A stretch of DNA of 64,000 bases from Peptococcaceae bacterium (GCA_017656185.1 JACDOK010000009.1:1227-65226); one strand, 5' to 3'. Positions 11,610 to 20,193 are shown, counted from the stretch's first letter. Notes: generated from the sequence alone by a model not told the origin. A program made the numbers and translations.

Positions 11610-12332
11610 CTAAGCCGTGCCCAGGCGGATTTTTTCGGCAAACTCATTCGGCAGAACAGGGTCCCGCTCAATCAGGCGGGCCGTGGCCTCTACGTCGTAT
11701 GGAACCTCAATAAAACTCACGCCAAGCCTGTTCTGGTCAAAATCGAGGACAGCGTAGACGGCGTTGGGGTTGCCTTGTTTGGGTTTACCCACGCTTCCCA
11801 CATTGACGACATGCTTGTCACCGATCTGCCGGTGGTAGGGTAGGTGGGTATGGCCGCAGACCAGGACGTCGGCCTGGACTTCCGCAAGACATTCTTTAAA
11901 GACGTCCTCCGGTGTATCCGCGTAAAGGTACTCGTTCAGGCGGCGCGGGCTGCCGTGCACGACGGTGACCCGGCGGCCCTGGACGGTAAACCTAATTTCG
12001 AAGGGAAGTTCCCGCAGGTAGGCCTTGTTGTCCTTGCTGGTGGTACGGGAAGTAAATTCTATCGAACGCTCCGCGAGTTTCATTTCTTTTTCGTCCTTGT
12101 AGTCGCAACCGCAGATCAGACGATCATTGCCGATGGCATCATCATAGTTGCCCATCACGGTGGGGATTTTTGTTTTCCGCAGGAGGTCGATTACCTCATC
12201 GGGGTGCGGCCCGTAGCCCACCAGGTCGCCGGCGCAGTAGACGCCATTAACGTCTTGGTAAGCGATATGGTCCAGAACGGCCTGCAGGGCATAGTAGTTA
12301 CTGTGTACGTCGGCGAATACAGCTATTCTCAT
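11610..12332 (-). CDS. Metallophosphoesterase (YfcE/MJ0936-like)
   Basis: 240 aa. Calcineurin-like motifs: MRIAVFADVHSN, GDLVGYGP, GNYD, GHTH. Confidence 0.75.
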   Translation of the reverse strand: MRIAVFADVHSNYYALQAVLDHIAYQDVNGVYCAGDLVGYGPHPDEVIDLLRKTKIPTVMGNYDDAIGNDRLICGCDYKDEKEMKLAERSIEFTSRTTSKDNKAYLRELPFEIRFTVQGRRVTVVHGSPRRLNEYLYADTPEDVFKECLAEVQADVLVCGHTHLPYHRQIGDKHVVNVGSVGKPKQGNPNAVYAVLDFDQNRLGVSFIEVPYDVEATARLIERDPVLPNEFAEKIRLGTA

Positions 12333-12356
12333 AATTAGTTATCCGCCTTATTTTAC

Positions 12357-12440
12357 GAGACAGGATGAACAGGATTTTTTAAATTACAGGGTTTTAGAAA
12401 GCGTAACGAACGTATCACAGACCGGCCGAAGGGAGCGAGC
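12357..12440. repeat. Intergenic mosaic repeat copy (GACAGGATGAACAGGATT word + GTATCACAG..GGGAGCGA tail)
   Basis: Shares words with the loci at 32474, 33733 and 38341, and its tail with 54704-54731 (GTATCACA..CCGG.GGGAGCGA). Confidence 0.6.
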
Positions 12441-12449
12441 CATAGACGT

Positions 12450-13271
12450 TTAGGGTTTAACGGCACTAATAAACGTACTTGTAATCGCCCCGTTGTATTC
12501 CCTGCGGGCGGCCTCTGAGATACCGGGCATCAAGGACTGGCCCTCCGGTGTGTCCAAGTCATAAACGCGCACGGTTTTAAGATCTATATCGACAAAGCCT
12601 GCCTGCTTCAGCAGGTCCTTGCACTCCTCCTCCAGGAGTGCCCCGGCCACTCACCCGGCCCAAGCTTCAGGGTCGTCCTTAACTTTTGCGGGGAGAGGAC
12701 GTTTCAGGACCACGTCGCTGACGGCGATACGACCGCCGGGCCGAAGGACGCGGAAGACTTCTTCGAAAACTTTCTTTTTGTCGGGTGCCAGGTTAACGAC
12801 GCAGTTGGAGATTACAACATCGACAGAGTTATCCGGTAGGGGGATGTCGGCCAGGTCTCCTTTTAGGAAGGTAACGTTGCCAAGGCCGGACTCGGCTAAG
12901 TTTTTCTTGGCCAGTGCCAGCATTTCGTCGGTCATGTCCAGGCCGTATACATACCCCTCCGGTCCTACAGACTGCGCGGCGAGAAAGCAGTCAATACCCC
13001 CGCCGCTCCCGAGATCCAGGACGATTTCACCCTCCTTTAAGGCTGCCAAAGCGGTAGGATTGCCGCAGCCAAGAGACGCGAAAGCAGATTTGCCTGGCAG
13101 CAGTCTGACTTGTTCACTACTGTAATGCCCTATGCCAAATAAGTCATTGCTGCCGGTACAGCAATCAGGACTACAGCCGCAGGAAGACGGTCCCTTATCG
13201 GCCTGCAAGGCGGCACGGGCATAGTGCTCACGGACAATGCGGGTGATGTCCTTTTTAGTGTCATGCGGCAT
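12450..13271 (-). CDS. arsM: Arsenite S-adenosylmethionine methyltransferase ArsM, probable selenoprotein (in-frame TGA at 12651-12653 read as Sec)
   Basis: ORFs 12651-13304 and 12450-12650 are one reading frame split only by a TGA. The sequence reads ..DPEAWAG-TGA-VAGALLEEE.. The SAM motif LDLGSGGG, ISNCVVNL and N-terminal CGCSPDCC are present. Likely ATG at 13271 with RBS AAGGAAGGGG. Confidence 0.75.
12621..12641 (-). promoter_or_regulatory. SECIS-like hairpin (GCACUCCU-GGAGG-AGGAGUGC)
   Basis: A perfect 8-bp stem with a G-rich 5-nt loop. The stem begins 12 nt after the U of the in-frame UGA and the apical loop lies ~20 nt downstream. Confidence 0.6.
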
Positions 13272-13300
13272 TCGGTGAACCCCTTCCTTAAAGAAAATGT

Positions 13301-13678
13301 TCAATTGTTTTCATCTGTCCGGCAGGCCTTCCGGCACCGCGCAACCACCTCGGAATCTGGCAGTTTTTCAAATCTGGCCGCTTCTTCGGAAAACCCGGGG
13401 ATTTTTTCGAGGGGAGTCTGCATCACTTGCTGCAATGAGGCAAATAAGCCGTCTATGGCACCAGACACGAGGGAATAAAAACTCCAGAGTTTGACCTTGC
13501 GTTCCCGGATGAACCCGGCGAGGCGGAGCACCTTTAAGTGCTGTGACACACGGGGCTGGCTCATCCGCAAAATTTCGGCGATTTCACACACACAAAGTTC
13601 TTTTTTATGCAGCAGGCGTAGGATTTTCAGGCGGGTCGGCTCCGCGAGAGCTTTGAACCTGTCGGCAATGTCCTTCAT
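13301..13678 (-). CDS. arsR: ArsR-family arsenic-responsive repressor
   Basis: 125 aa. ELCVCEIAEIL (As(III)-binding Cys pair) plus HTH VSQHLKVLR. Directly upstream of arsM. Confidence 0.85.
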   Translation of the reverse strand: MKDIADRFKALAEPTRLKILRLLHKKELCVCEIAEILRMSQPRVSQHLKVLRLAGFIRERKVKLWSFYSLVSGAIDGLFASLQQVMQTPLEKIPGFSEEAARFEKLPDSEVVARCRKACRTDENN

Positions 13679-13853
13679 TTACCTGTGACCATCCTTATTA
13701 TTTAAATATATTCTTAATTACTTATATCTTACTGAGAAGAGGACCCCCTAGCAAGCAGATAATGATAACTTATCTAAAAATCTTTTGATCAAGCTTATAG
13801 TTTTTTCTTGACAGAATCCACGGTCAGGTATATCATTACAGTAAATTCATTAG

Positions 13854-13880
13854 TATTAGCTAATATAATAATATTATTAT
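13854..13880. promoter_or_regulatory. Two adjacent perfect palindromes (TATTAGCTAATA; ATAATAATATTATTAT), candidate operator in the divergent ars promoter region
   Basis: Seen between arsR (-) and the permease (+). A TTGACA-N17-TATCAT promoter-like pair lies just upstream at ~13809-13837. Confidence 0.3.
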
Positions 13881-13959
13881 ATGATAGTGAACAAGCAGCA
13901 CCGGAACACATCTGACAAACATTTTTTGATGCAATTAATATAACACAGGAGGGAAACGG

Positions 13960-15024
13960 ATGGATTATCTTTTCAAAGTACTGCTGAGCGGGTATCACGA
14001 AATCCTGGAGTACCTGTCGGCCCACGTTCTGACTTGTTTGGTACCGGCATTCTTTATTGCCGGGGGCATCGCGGTCGTGGTTTCCACGGGTGCGGTTTTA
14101 AAGTATTTCGGTCCCACCACCAAAAAGTACATTTCTTACGGGGTGGCCTCGGTTTCGGGGACCGTCCTGGCGGTGTGCTCCTGCACGGTGCTGCCCCTTT
14201 TCGCGGGCATATACCGTAAAGGAGCCGGGCTCGGTCCCGCCGTAACCTTCCTGTTTGCCGGGCCGGCCATTAACCTTCTTGCCATCGTTCTCACGGCCCG
14301 TAAACTCGGGTTTGATCTGGGTGCCGGGCGGGCCATCGGCGCCGTCTTGTTTTCAATTATCATCGGCTTAATTATGGCCGCTGTTTTTCGCAAAGAAGAA
14401 CAAGCAAAGGCACAGGCGGCGGAAAGTGCTTCCGGTTTTGCAGCCGGTATTGATGATGAGGGTAAGCCTGCCGGCCAATTGCTGGCCTTTTTCGGTATCC
14501 AGGTGGCCATCCTGGTGATCGGCACTGCCCAGGTAACTCTTGTTACCAAGCTGGGGGTTATCGTAGCTCTGTTGGTAGCACTGGGTGTGGTCCTGGTCAA
14601 GTGGTTCAGTAAGGAAGAAGTAAAGGACTGGTTGATAGAAACCTTCAAGCTTGTCAAGCTCATTTTCCCCATCCTATTGGTAGGTGTATTTGTGGCCGGT
14701 GCCTTAAAGGTAATCATCCCCGAACAGTGGATCGCGGCCTCGGTGGGCGGCAACGGCATCCTGGCCAACCTTATAGCGTCCGTGGTAGGGGCCTTGATGT
14801 ACTTTTCGACCCTTACCGAGGTGCCCATTGTCAAAATGCTTGTTGACCTGGGCATGGGGCGGGGCCCCGCGCTGGCGCTCTTGCTAGCCGGCCCGGCTCT
14901 GAGCCTGCCCAACATGCTCGTAGTGCGGAACGTAATAGGCACGAAAAAGACCCTGGTATACGTCGGCACTGTAGTGTTAACGGCTACTGTTGTCGGTTAT
15001 CTTTTCGGTTGGTTGGTAGGTTAA
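13960..15024 (+). CDS. DUF318/ArsP-type permease (putative organoarsenical or related efflux permease)
   Basis: 354 aa polytopic membrane protein with a VCSCTVLP vicinal-Cys motif. It has the usual partner, a small thioredoxin-like protein, downstream. Confidence 0.8.
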   Translation: MDYLFKVLLSGYHEILEYLSAHVLTCLVPAFFIAGGIAVVVSTGAVLKYFGPTTKKYISYGVASVSGTVLAVCSCTVLPLFAGIYRKGAGLGPAVTFLFAGPAINLLAIVLTARKLGFDLGAGRAIGAVLFSIIIGLIMAAVFRKEEQAKAQAAESASGFAAGIDDEGKPAGQLLAFFGIQVAILVIGTAQVTLVTKLGVIVALLVALGVVLVKWFSKEEVKDWLIETFKLVKLIFPILLVGVFVAGALKVIIPEQWIAASVGGNGILANLIASVVGALMYFSTLTEVPIVKMLVDLGMGRGPALALLLAGPALSLPNMLVVRNVIGTKKTLVYVGTVVLTATVVGYLFGWLVG

Positions 15025-15187
15025 TCCATCTTAAGTCTTAGTAGTTTTTGAAATATGTTAGATTGGAGTTTTTGCTAAGGGAATTTTTATCAATAATTTT
15101 TATTATACTCTGGTTTAAATAAGCGGTATTCCTTGTAAATATTTGGATAGACACTCATCCGAAATTGGTTCAGGGAGGTGATATCTT

Positions 15188-15427
15188 ATGGATATAAAGA
15201 TCCTAGGTCCCGGGTGCAGAAAGTGCAAGGCCCTTGAAAAAGAAGTTCGGGAAGTTGTCAGCGAGATGGGCATTGAGGCGAACATTGAAAAAGTTACCGA
15301 TGTCAACGAAATCACCAGCTACAACGTTTTTATGACCCCCGGCTTGGTGGTTAACGGCAAAGTGCTGGTGTCCGGGCGTGTACCCAAGCGTGACGAAATC
15401 AAGAAATGGCTCCAGGAGGAAGCTTAA
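15188..15427 (+). CDS. Thioredoxin-family small redox-active disulfide protein
   Basis: 79 aa. MDIKILGPGCRKCK (CxxC). This family typically follows DUF318 permeases in ars loci. Confidence 0.8.
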   Translation: MDIKILGPGCRKCKALEKEVREVVSEMGIEANIEKVTDVNEITSYNVFMTPGLVVNGKVLVSGRVPKRDEIKKWLQEEA

Positions 15428-15508
15428 GCCACCAAAAGGGCACTGGCTCATTACGTCTTAAAGATAATAATTACCTAATTAACCTGTCTCTAAAGTGGAG
15501 GTGCACGT

Positions 15509-15753
15509 GTGTGTCTCGGCATTCCCGGCAAGGTGATCAGGGTGAACCCGGCGGATAAATTGGCGGTGATCGAAGTGTTCGGGGTAAAACGCCGGGTAAA
15601 TACGGCCCTGCTCGACGAAGTAGCACTGGGTGACTATCTCAGGTGCATACCGGCTACGCTATCGAGAAACTGGACCTGGATGAGGCCAAGGAACGCCTTA
15701 AACTGTGGCACGAGATTCTCAGCCAAGAAACGGCACTGCCACAAGAAGGATAG
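15509..15753 (+). pseudogene. hypC: hypC/hupF-family [NiFe]-hydrogenase maturation chaperone with a frameshift near 15641-15643
   Basis: The N-terminus (M)CLGIPGKV..GDYL is in frame 1. The continuation VHTGYAIEKLDLDEAKERLKLWHEIL..* is in the +1 frame, with 2 nt (ag) between the segments where one codon is expected. Confidence 0.7.
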
Positions 15754-15913
15754 CAAAAGCTTGGACTGCTGAAGACGGTGAATGTAGCCATACCTCAAGC
15801 GGGGTGTGGGTGAGGCTAGGTATGGCATGATCTAAGCATTTTGGGGACTGGTCCTTTTTACTAAGAGTTGGTAATGATGGTGATGGTTGTGTTTTTAGTA
15901 GGAGGGATAAATC

Positions 15914-16987
15914 GTGGGGGAATCAGTTACTCGCAAACTATCTTTTCTTGACCGGTATTTAACTCTTTGGATTATTCTGGCCATGGTCGCCGGCCTGGGC
16001 TGGGGGTACGTGTACCCGCAAATTGCCGATTTCTGGGGCCGGTTTCAGGTGGGCACGACCAACATTTCTATTGCCATCGGCCTCATCCTGATGATGTACC
16101 CGCCGCTGGCCAAAGTTCACTATGAAGAACTGCCTACCGTCTTCAACGATAAAAGACTGTTAGGTTTTTCCTTGGTTCAAAACTGGATCGTGGGCCCGAT
16201 AGTGATGTTTATCCTTGCCGTACTGCTTTTAGCGGATAAGCCGGATTTAATGACCGGGGTAATCCTGGTGGGTCTAGCCCGCTGCATTGCCATGGTACTG
16301 GTATGGAACGACCTGGCCGGCGGCAGCCCGGAATACGTGACCGGCCTGGTGGCTTTTAACGCTATTTTCCAGGTGCTTACCTATTCTATTTATGCCTATA
16401 TCTTCCTGACAGTTGTTCCCGCCTGGTTCGGTTTGTCCAGCGTCATCGTCGATGTCTCCATGGGCGAAATTGCCAAGAGCGTTTTCATTTACCTTGGCAT
16501 ACCCTTTATAGCTGCTTATATTACCCGTGCCGTGTTGGTCAAGTCAAGGGGACGCGACTGGTACGAGCAGAACTTTACCCCCAGGATCAGCCGCATTACG
16601 TTGATAGCTTTGCTGTTTACCGTTTTAGTAATGTTCTCCCTTAAGGGCGAAATGATTTTAACGGTGCCGCTTGATGTAGTTCGCGTGGTTATTCCGCTGA
16701 CGATATACTTTGTTTTTATGTGGCTGGTCACCTTTTTCCTGGGCAAGTGGATCGGTGCCGATTACCCCAGGAACACCACGATTTCTTTTACCGCCGCCAG
16801 CAACGACTTCGAGCTGGCGATCGCCGTAGCAGTGGCGGTTTTCGGTATCCATTCTGCGCAGGCGTTTGCCACTGTTATCGGTCCCCTCGTGGAAGTGCCT
16901 GTCCTCCTGGCCCTGGTAAACGTGGCCCTGTATTTCAAGAGGAAATATTACGGAGGCGATATCCAACGTGCCGACAAAATAGCATAA
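15914..16987 (+). CDS. acr3: Arsenite efflux transporter, ACR3 family
   Basis: 357 aa. [12 protein letters not shown].. and a 10-TM profile typical of ACR3. GTG start with RBS GGAGGG. Confidence 0.9.
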   Translation: MGESVTRKLSFLDRYLTLWIILAMVAGLGWGYVYPQIADFWGRFQVGTTNISIAIGLILMMYPPLAKVHYEELPTVFNDKRLLGFSLVQNWIVGPIVMFILAVLLLADKPDLMTGVILVGLARCIAMVLVWNDLAGGSPEYVTGLVAFNAIFQVLTYSIYAYIFLTVVPAWFGLSSVIVDVSMGEIAKSVFIYLGIPFIAAYITRAVLVKSRGRDWYEQNFTPRISRITLIALLFTVLVMFSLKGEMILTVPLDVVRVVIPLTIYFVFMWLVTFFLGKWIGADYPRNTTISFTAASNDFELAIAVAVAVFGIHSAQAFATVIGPLVEVPVLLALVNVALYFKRKYYGGDIQRADKIA

Positions 16988-16994
16988 TCCGAAA

Positions 16995-17046
16995 AGAAAG
17001 CACTCTCTTTGCTGCTCTTGCCGGCAGGAGGTGCTTTCTTTATTTT
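16995..17046 (+). terminator. Rho-independent terminator after acr3
   Basis: AGAAAGCAC...GTGCTTTCT outer stem with inner pairing, followed by TTATTTT. Confidence 0.6.
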
Positions 17047-17108
17047 AACTCCCTTAATCATCATACTTTTAATCAGGATTAGCTGTTTGGCACAGGTTGA
17101 ACATGATT

Positions 17109-17123
17109 TATCAAAACTTGATA
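17109..17123. promoter_or_regulatory. Palindrome TATCAA-AAC-TTGATA upstream of the Crp/Fnr gene
   Basis: A perfect 6-bp inverted repeat ~35 bp upstream of the 17157 start. Function unknown. Confidence 0.2.
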
Positions 17124-17156
17124 GGAATATGAAGATAATTTGAGGAAAATAAAAGT

Positions 17157-17840
17157 ATGGATAAGATTGTCGCACAGCTTGCCAAAATCCCTTTGTTCGC
17201 TGACCTCGATGCGCCGTTCCTTGAAGAAATTGCTGCGCTGACATTTAAGCGGCAGTATCGAAAGGGGCGTATTCTTTTTGTCGAAGACGAACCCGGGAAC
17301 ACCGTATACTTGTTGCGGACAGGGGTGGTTAAACTTACTAAGCAGACGGAAGACGGGCGGGAACACATTCTGCATTACGTAAACCCCGGGGAGGTTTTTG
17401 CTGAGGTTGTTCTTTTCGACGGCGGTACCTATCCAGCGACCGCCGAGGTGGTGGAGGAGGCCGAGGTTCATCTTATCCGCAACAGCGACTTAAGAAAGTT
17501 CTTGTTAAACCACCCGCAGGTGGCCTATCAAATGTTGAGTATTATGGCCAGGCGTTTGCGTGCCGTACAGGAGAAGATTATGATGCTGGCCCTGCACGAT
17601 ACTACCCGGCGTGTCGCGGTAACTCTTCTCAATCTTGCCGAGGAATACGGGCTGCGCGAGGATGCCGGTATCCGCATTAACTTTTCCCTTACCAACCAGG
17701 AACTTGCCAAATTCAGCGGCACAACCCGCGAGACGGTGAACAGAATTCTTAATGACCTGCGCCGGATGGATGTGCTTGCGGTTGACAAGCAGCAGATCAT
17801 CATCAAAAACCGCCGTAAACTGCTGTCAATGCTGAGTTGA
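17157..17840 (+). CDS. Crp/Fnr-family transcriptional regulator
   Basis: 227 aa. cNMP-binding-like N-terminal domain plus a C-terminal HTH (TRETVNRILNDL). Convergent with cooS. Confidence 0.85.
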   Translation: MDKIVAQLAKIPLFADLDAPFLEEIAALTFKRQYRKGRILFVEDEPGNTVYLLRTGVVKLTKQTEDGREHILHYVNPGEVFAEVVLFDGGTYPATAEVVEEAEVHLIRNSDLRKFLLNHPQVAYQMLSIMARRLRAVQEKIMMLALHDTTRRVAVTLLNLAEEYGLREDAGIRINFSLTNQELAKFSGTTRETVNRILNDLRRMDVLAVDKQQIIIKNRRKLLSMLS

Positions 17841-17889
17841 GTAAAGAAGCGCCGGGCGGCCAACCACCCGGCGCTTTGCTGTCTATGGC

Positions 17890-19770
17890 CTACAGTCCTA
17901 ACCCGGCCCGTTTCTTATTGATATGCTCCAGAATACCGTCCGCTATTGTTTCGGGGTCATCACCTACGGCGATTTTGCCTCCTACCAGGCCGGCCACATC
18001 TTCCGTCAAGAGTTTCACTACCTCCGGTGCTCCGGTTACCGGCGGCACCGGGGAGACGTGGGTATAAAGCCCGGAGGCGACGGCCGCAAAGGCGTCTACC
18101 GTCGCCTTCTGTTCCATATATTCGGGTGCCGTCACTGCTACTGGCAGCTGCGCCGGGTCAACTCCCAGAGCGTCGGCTACCGCGTTAACGAGCATTACCA
18201 ACCGGCCCGTGTCGGTGCAGGTCCCGAAGGAAAGCACCGGCGGGATGCCCAACTGCCTGCAGACGGCCTTCAGGCCTTCCCCGGCCAGTTCCTGGGCCTC
18301 AATGGTATTTAACCCGGCCACCTGGCAGGCGGCGTTGCCGCACCCGGCGGTCAATACCAGGATATCGCGCTTGATCAGCTCCTTGGCTACCTGCACGTTC
18401 AAGGAATCGTGGGGGCCGTTTTTGAGGCTGGTGCAGCTCACCAGGGCGACCACGCCCTTAATGTGACCTTGCTTGATAACATCTAATAAGAGATTTAAAC
18501 TTCCGCCAAGTGCATTTAAAACGGCTTCGTTGGAGAACCCCGTAACAATACGTGTCTTTTTCAGGCCCCGCTGCACCGGGTTGCCCTTGCGGCGCTTAAA
18601 GTTGGCAATGGCCAGGTCAATAAGTTCCAAAGCCTGCTCCTCGGCCTTAACAGGGTCGTAATCGATATGAAGGTCGACACCGGTAATGTTGACCAGTTTG
18701 GAAACGGAAACCAGCGTGGTGCCGTATCGCGCGGCGTATTCCGGCAGCGTGGGCAGGGAGCAGTTCATATCCATCGCAAAGAGATCCACCCCACCGGTAG
18801 TCAAAGCAAATTCCTGGGAAATCCAGTTGCCGGTCAATCCTACAAAGACGTCGTCGCAGTCAAACCGCTGCATCAGTTCCTGGCCCGTTTCGATCGATCC
18901 TACGATACGTACACCTTTGGCCCCGGCCCGGCGGGCCTTTTCCTGGACGTCCGGGCGGCGTGCCGCCTGGATTAAGGCTACCCCCATAAAGGGCTCGTGA
19001 CCGTTAGGCATGATGTTCACGTAATTCGGGTCAATGATGCCCAGGTCAACGTCGGCTTCGTGGGGTGTAGGAGTGCCGAACAGGATGTCCTGGATCAGCT
19101 CCAGAGGTATGAGGGCTCCGTATGTGCTCGCAATGCCCAGACGCAATCCCAGTTTGGCCAGGGAGACCCAGTCGGTATCGATGTTGGTCATTATGCGGGC
19201 GCTGGCATCGACCAGTTCGGAGGCCGGTCCCCCGGGTAGAATTCCCAGTTCGCGCCATACCTTTTTACGGCTTTCGGGAGCAAATTTTTCCACCAGCAGG
19301 GAAGGTGATGCGCTGTCTTCGGAAAGAGCGCTGATAATGACATCGGCTACGCCAATGGCCTTTTCGTTGGTATCGGCACCGGTAACATCAAGGGTTTCCG
19401 CCAACTGGTCAAGTTTGGCGGTGTCAGTAATAAAAAAGGGAGACTGTCCCAGTGCGGTAGCCTTCAGCGTCTTGGCCGCTTCACGGCAATGGTGGGTATA
19501 AGCAGCCAGACCCAGGGTGACTTTATGAATGAGGTTGCGCATCACCATTCCGCTGGCATCTATGCCGCATACGCCCCGCTCTATCTTTCCCGGTACAATC
19601 CGGCACGGTCCATTGCTGCACAGCTGACAGCTTAAGCCCTTGTCACAGAAGTTTCTGCACCTTATTTTTTCCTGTGCTTCATAACGGTCGGCCACATTAG
19701 TGGTGCCGTCGCTGTTTACCTTCTGGTAAACGCTGTTGATGGTTTCGTGAATGCTAACCTGGTTTGCCAA
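17890..19770 (-). CDS. cooS: Anaerobic Ni-dependent carbon monoxide dehydrogenase catalytic subunit
   Basis: 626 aa. N-terminal Cys cluster CRNFCDKGLSCQLCSNGPCRI. TTG start with RBS AAGGAGG. Confidence 0.92.
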   Translation of the reverse strand: MANQVSIHETINSVYQKVNSDGTTNVADRYEAQEKIRCRNFCDKGLSCQLCSNGPCRIVPGKIERGVCGIDASGMVMRNLIHKVTLGLAAYTHHCREAAKTLKATALGQSPFFITDTAKLDQLAETLDVTGADTNEKAIGVADVIISALSEDSASPSLLVEKFAPESRKKVWRELGILPGGPASELVDASARIMTNIDTDWVSLAKLGLRLGIASTYGALIPLELIQDILFGTPTPHEADVDLGIIDPNYVNIMPNGHEPFMGVALIQAARRPDVQEKARRAGAKGVRIVGSIETGQELMQRFDCDDVFVGLTGNWISQEFALTTGGVDLFAMDMNCSLPTLPEYAARYGTTLVSVSKLVNITGVDLHIDYDPVKAEEQALELIDLAIANFKRRKGNPVQRGLKKTRIVTGFSNEAVLNALGGSLNLLLDVIKQGHIKGVVALVSCTSLKNGPHDSLNVQVAKELIKRDILVLTAGCGNAACQVAGLNTIEAQELAGEGLKAVCRQLGIPPVLSFGTCTDTGRLVMLVNAVADALGVDPAQLPVAVTAPEYMEQKATVDAFAAVASGLYTHVSPVPPVTGAPEVVKLLTEDVAGLVGGKIAVGDDPETIADGILEHINKKRAGLGL

Positions 19771-19949
19771 TTTAATTACCTCCTTAGTTTATTTTGATAA
19801 ATGTAAATTTCTTACCGTTTAATTAACTCAATGAAACGCCCGATTTGGGTATGCGCCGGCACATACCTAAGGCATGTTTTTTAGGGGGCATTAGATATGC
19901 TGTTTGTTTAGAATCTTATAGAAAAATAACGGCAAAGATTGTGAGCTGG

Positions 19950-19983
19950 AACAAAAAAGCGGTGTGACTTTCATCACACCGCT
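19950..19983 (-). promoter_or_regulatory. Hairpin AGCGGTGTGA-N6-TCACACCGCT containing a perfect TGTGA-N6-TCACA site. Either a CRP-family operator for cooS or a minus-strand terminator.
   Basis: A 10-bp perfect inverted repeat, followed on the minus strand by TTTTTTGT. It lies ~200 nt upstream of the cooS start codon. Confidence 0.4.
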
Positions 19984-20157
19984 GGGAGACGGTATCATTG
20001 AAGGCACGGAGATCCCGCGGTACATCGACTTCGGCCAGGGTAGTAATTCTGTTTCCGCCGTCAGGATTGCCGGGGTTCCGGCCGCGTGGGGCAGATCGAC
20101 AAACGACCTGCCGCTCGTACCGTGCTGTCCTGGTTTAAGCAAAAAAATTTCCCTGTA

Positions 20158-20185
20158 AACAAAAAAATGGGCCGTAAAGGCCCAT
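20158..20185 (-). terminator. Rho-independent terminator after the DUF296 gene
   Basis: ATGGGCC-N5-GGCCCAT, followed on the minus strand by a T7 run. Confidence 0.65.
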
Positions 20186-20193
20186 CTCGATTT

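Noticed and set aside
12450-12650. A 66-aa ORF starting with GTG, listed as a separate gene
   Set aside because: It begins at the codon immediately after an in-frame TGA and continues the ArsM domain (VAGALLEEE..AGF..). It is interpreted as the C-terminal part of a Sec-containing or interrupted arsM, not an independent gene.
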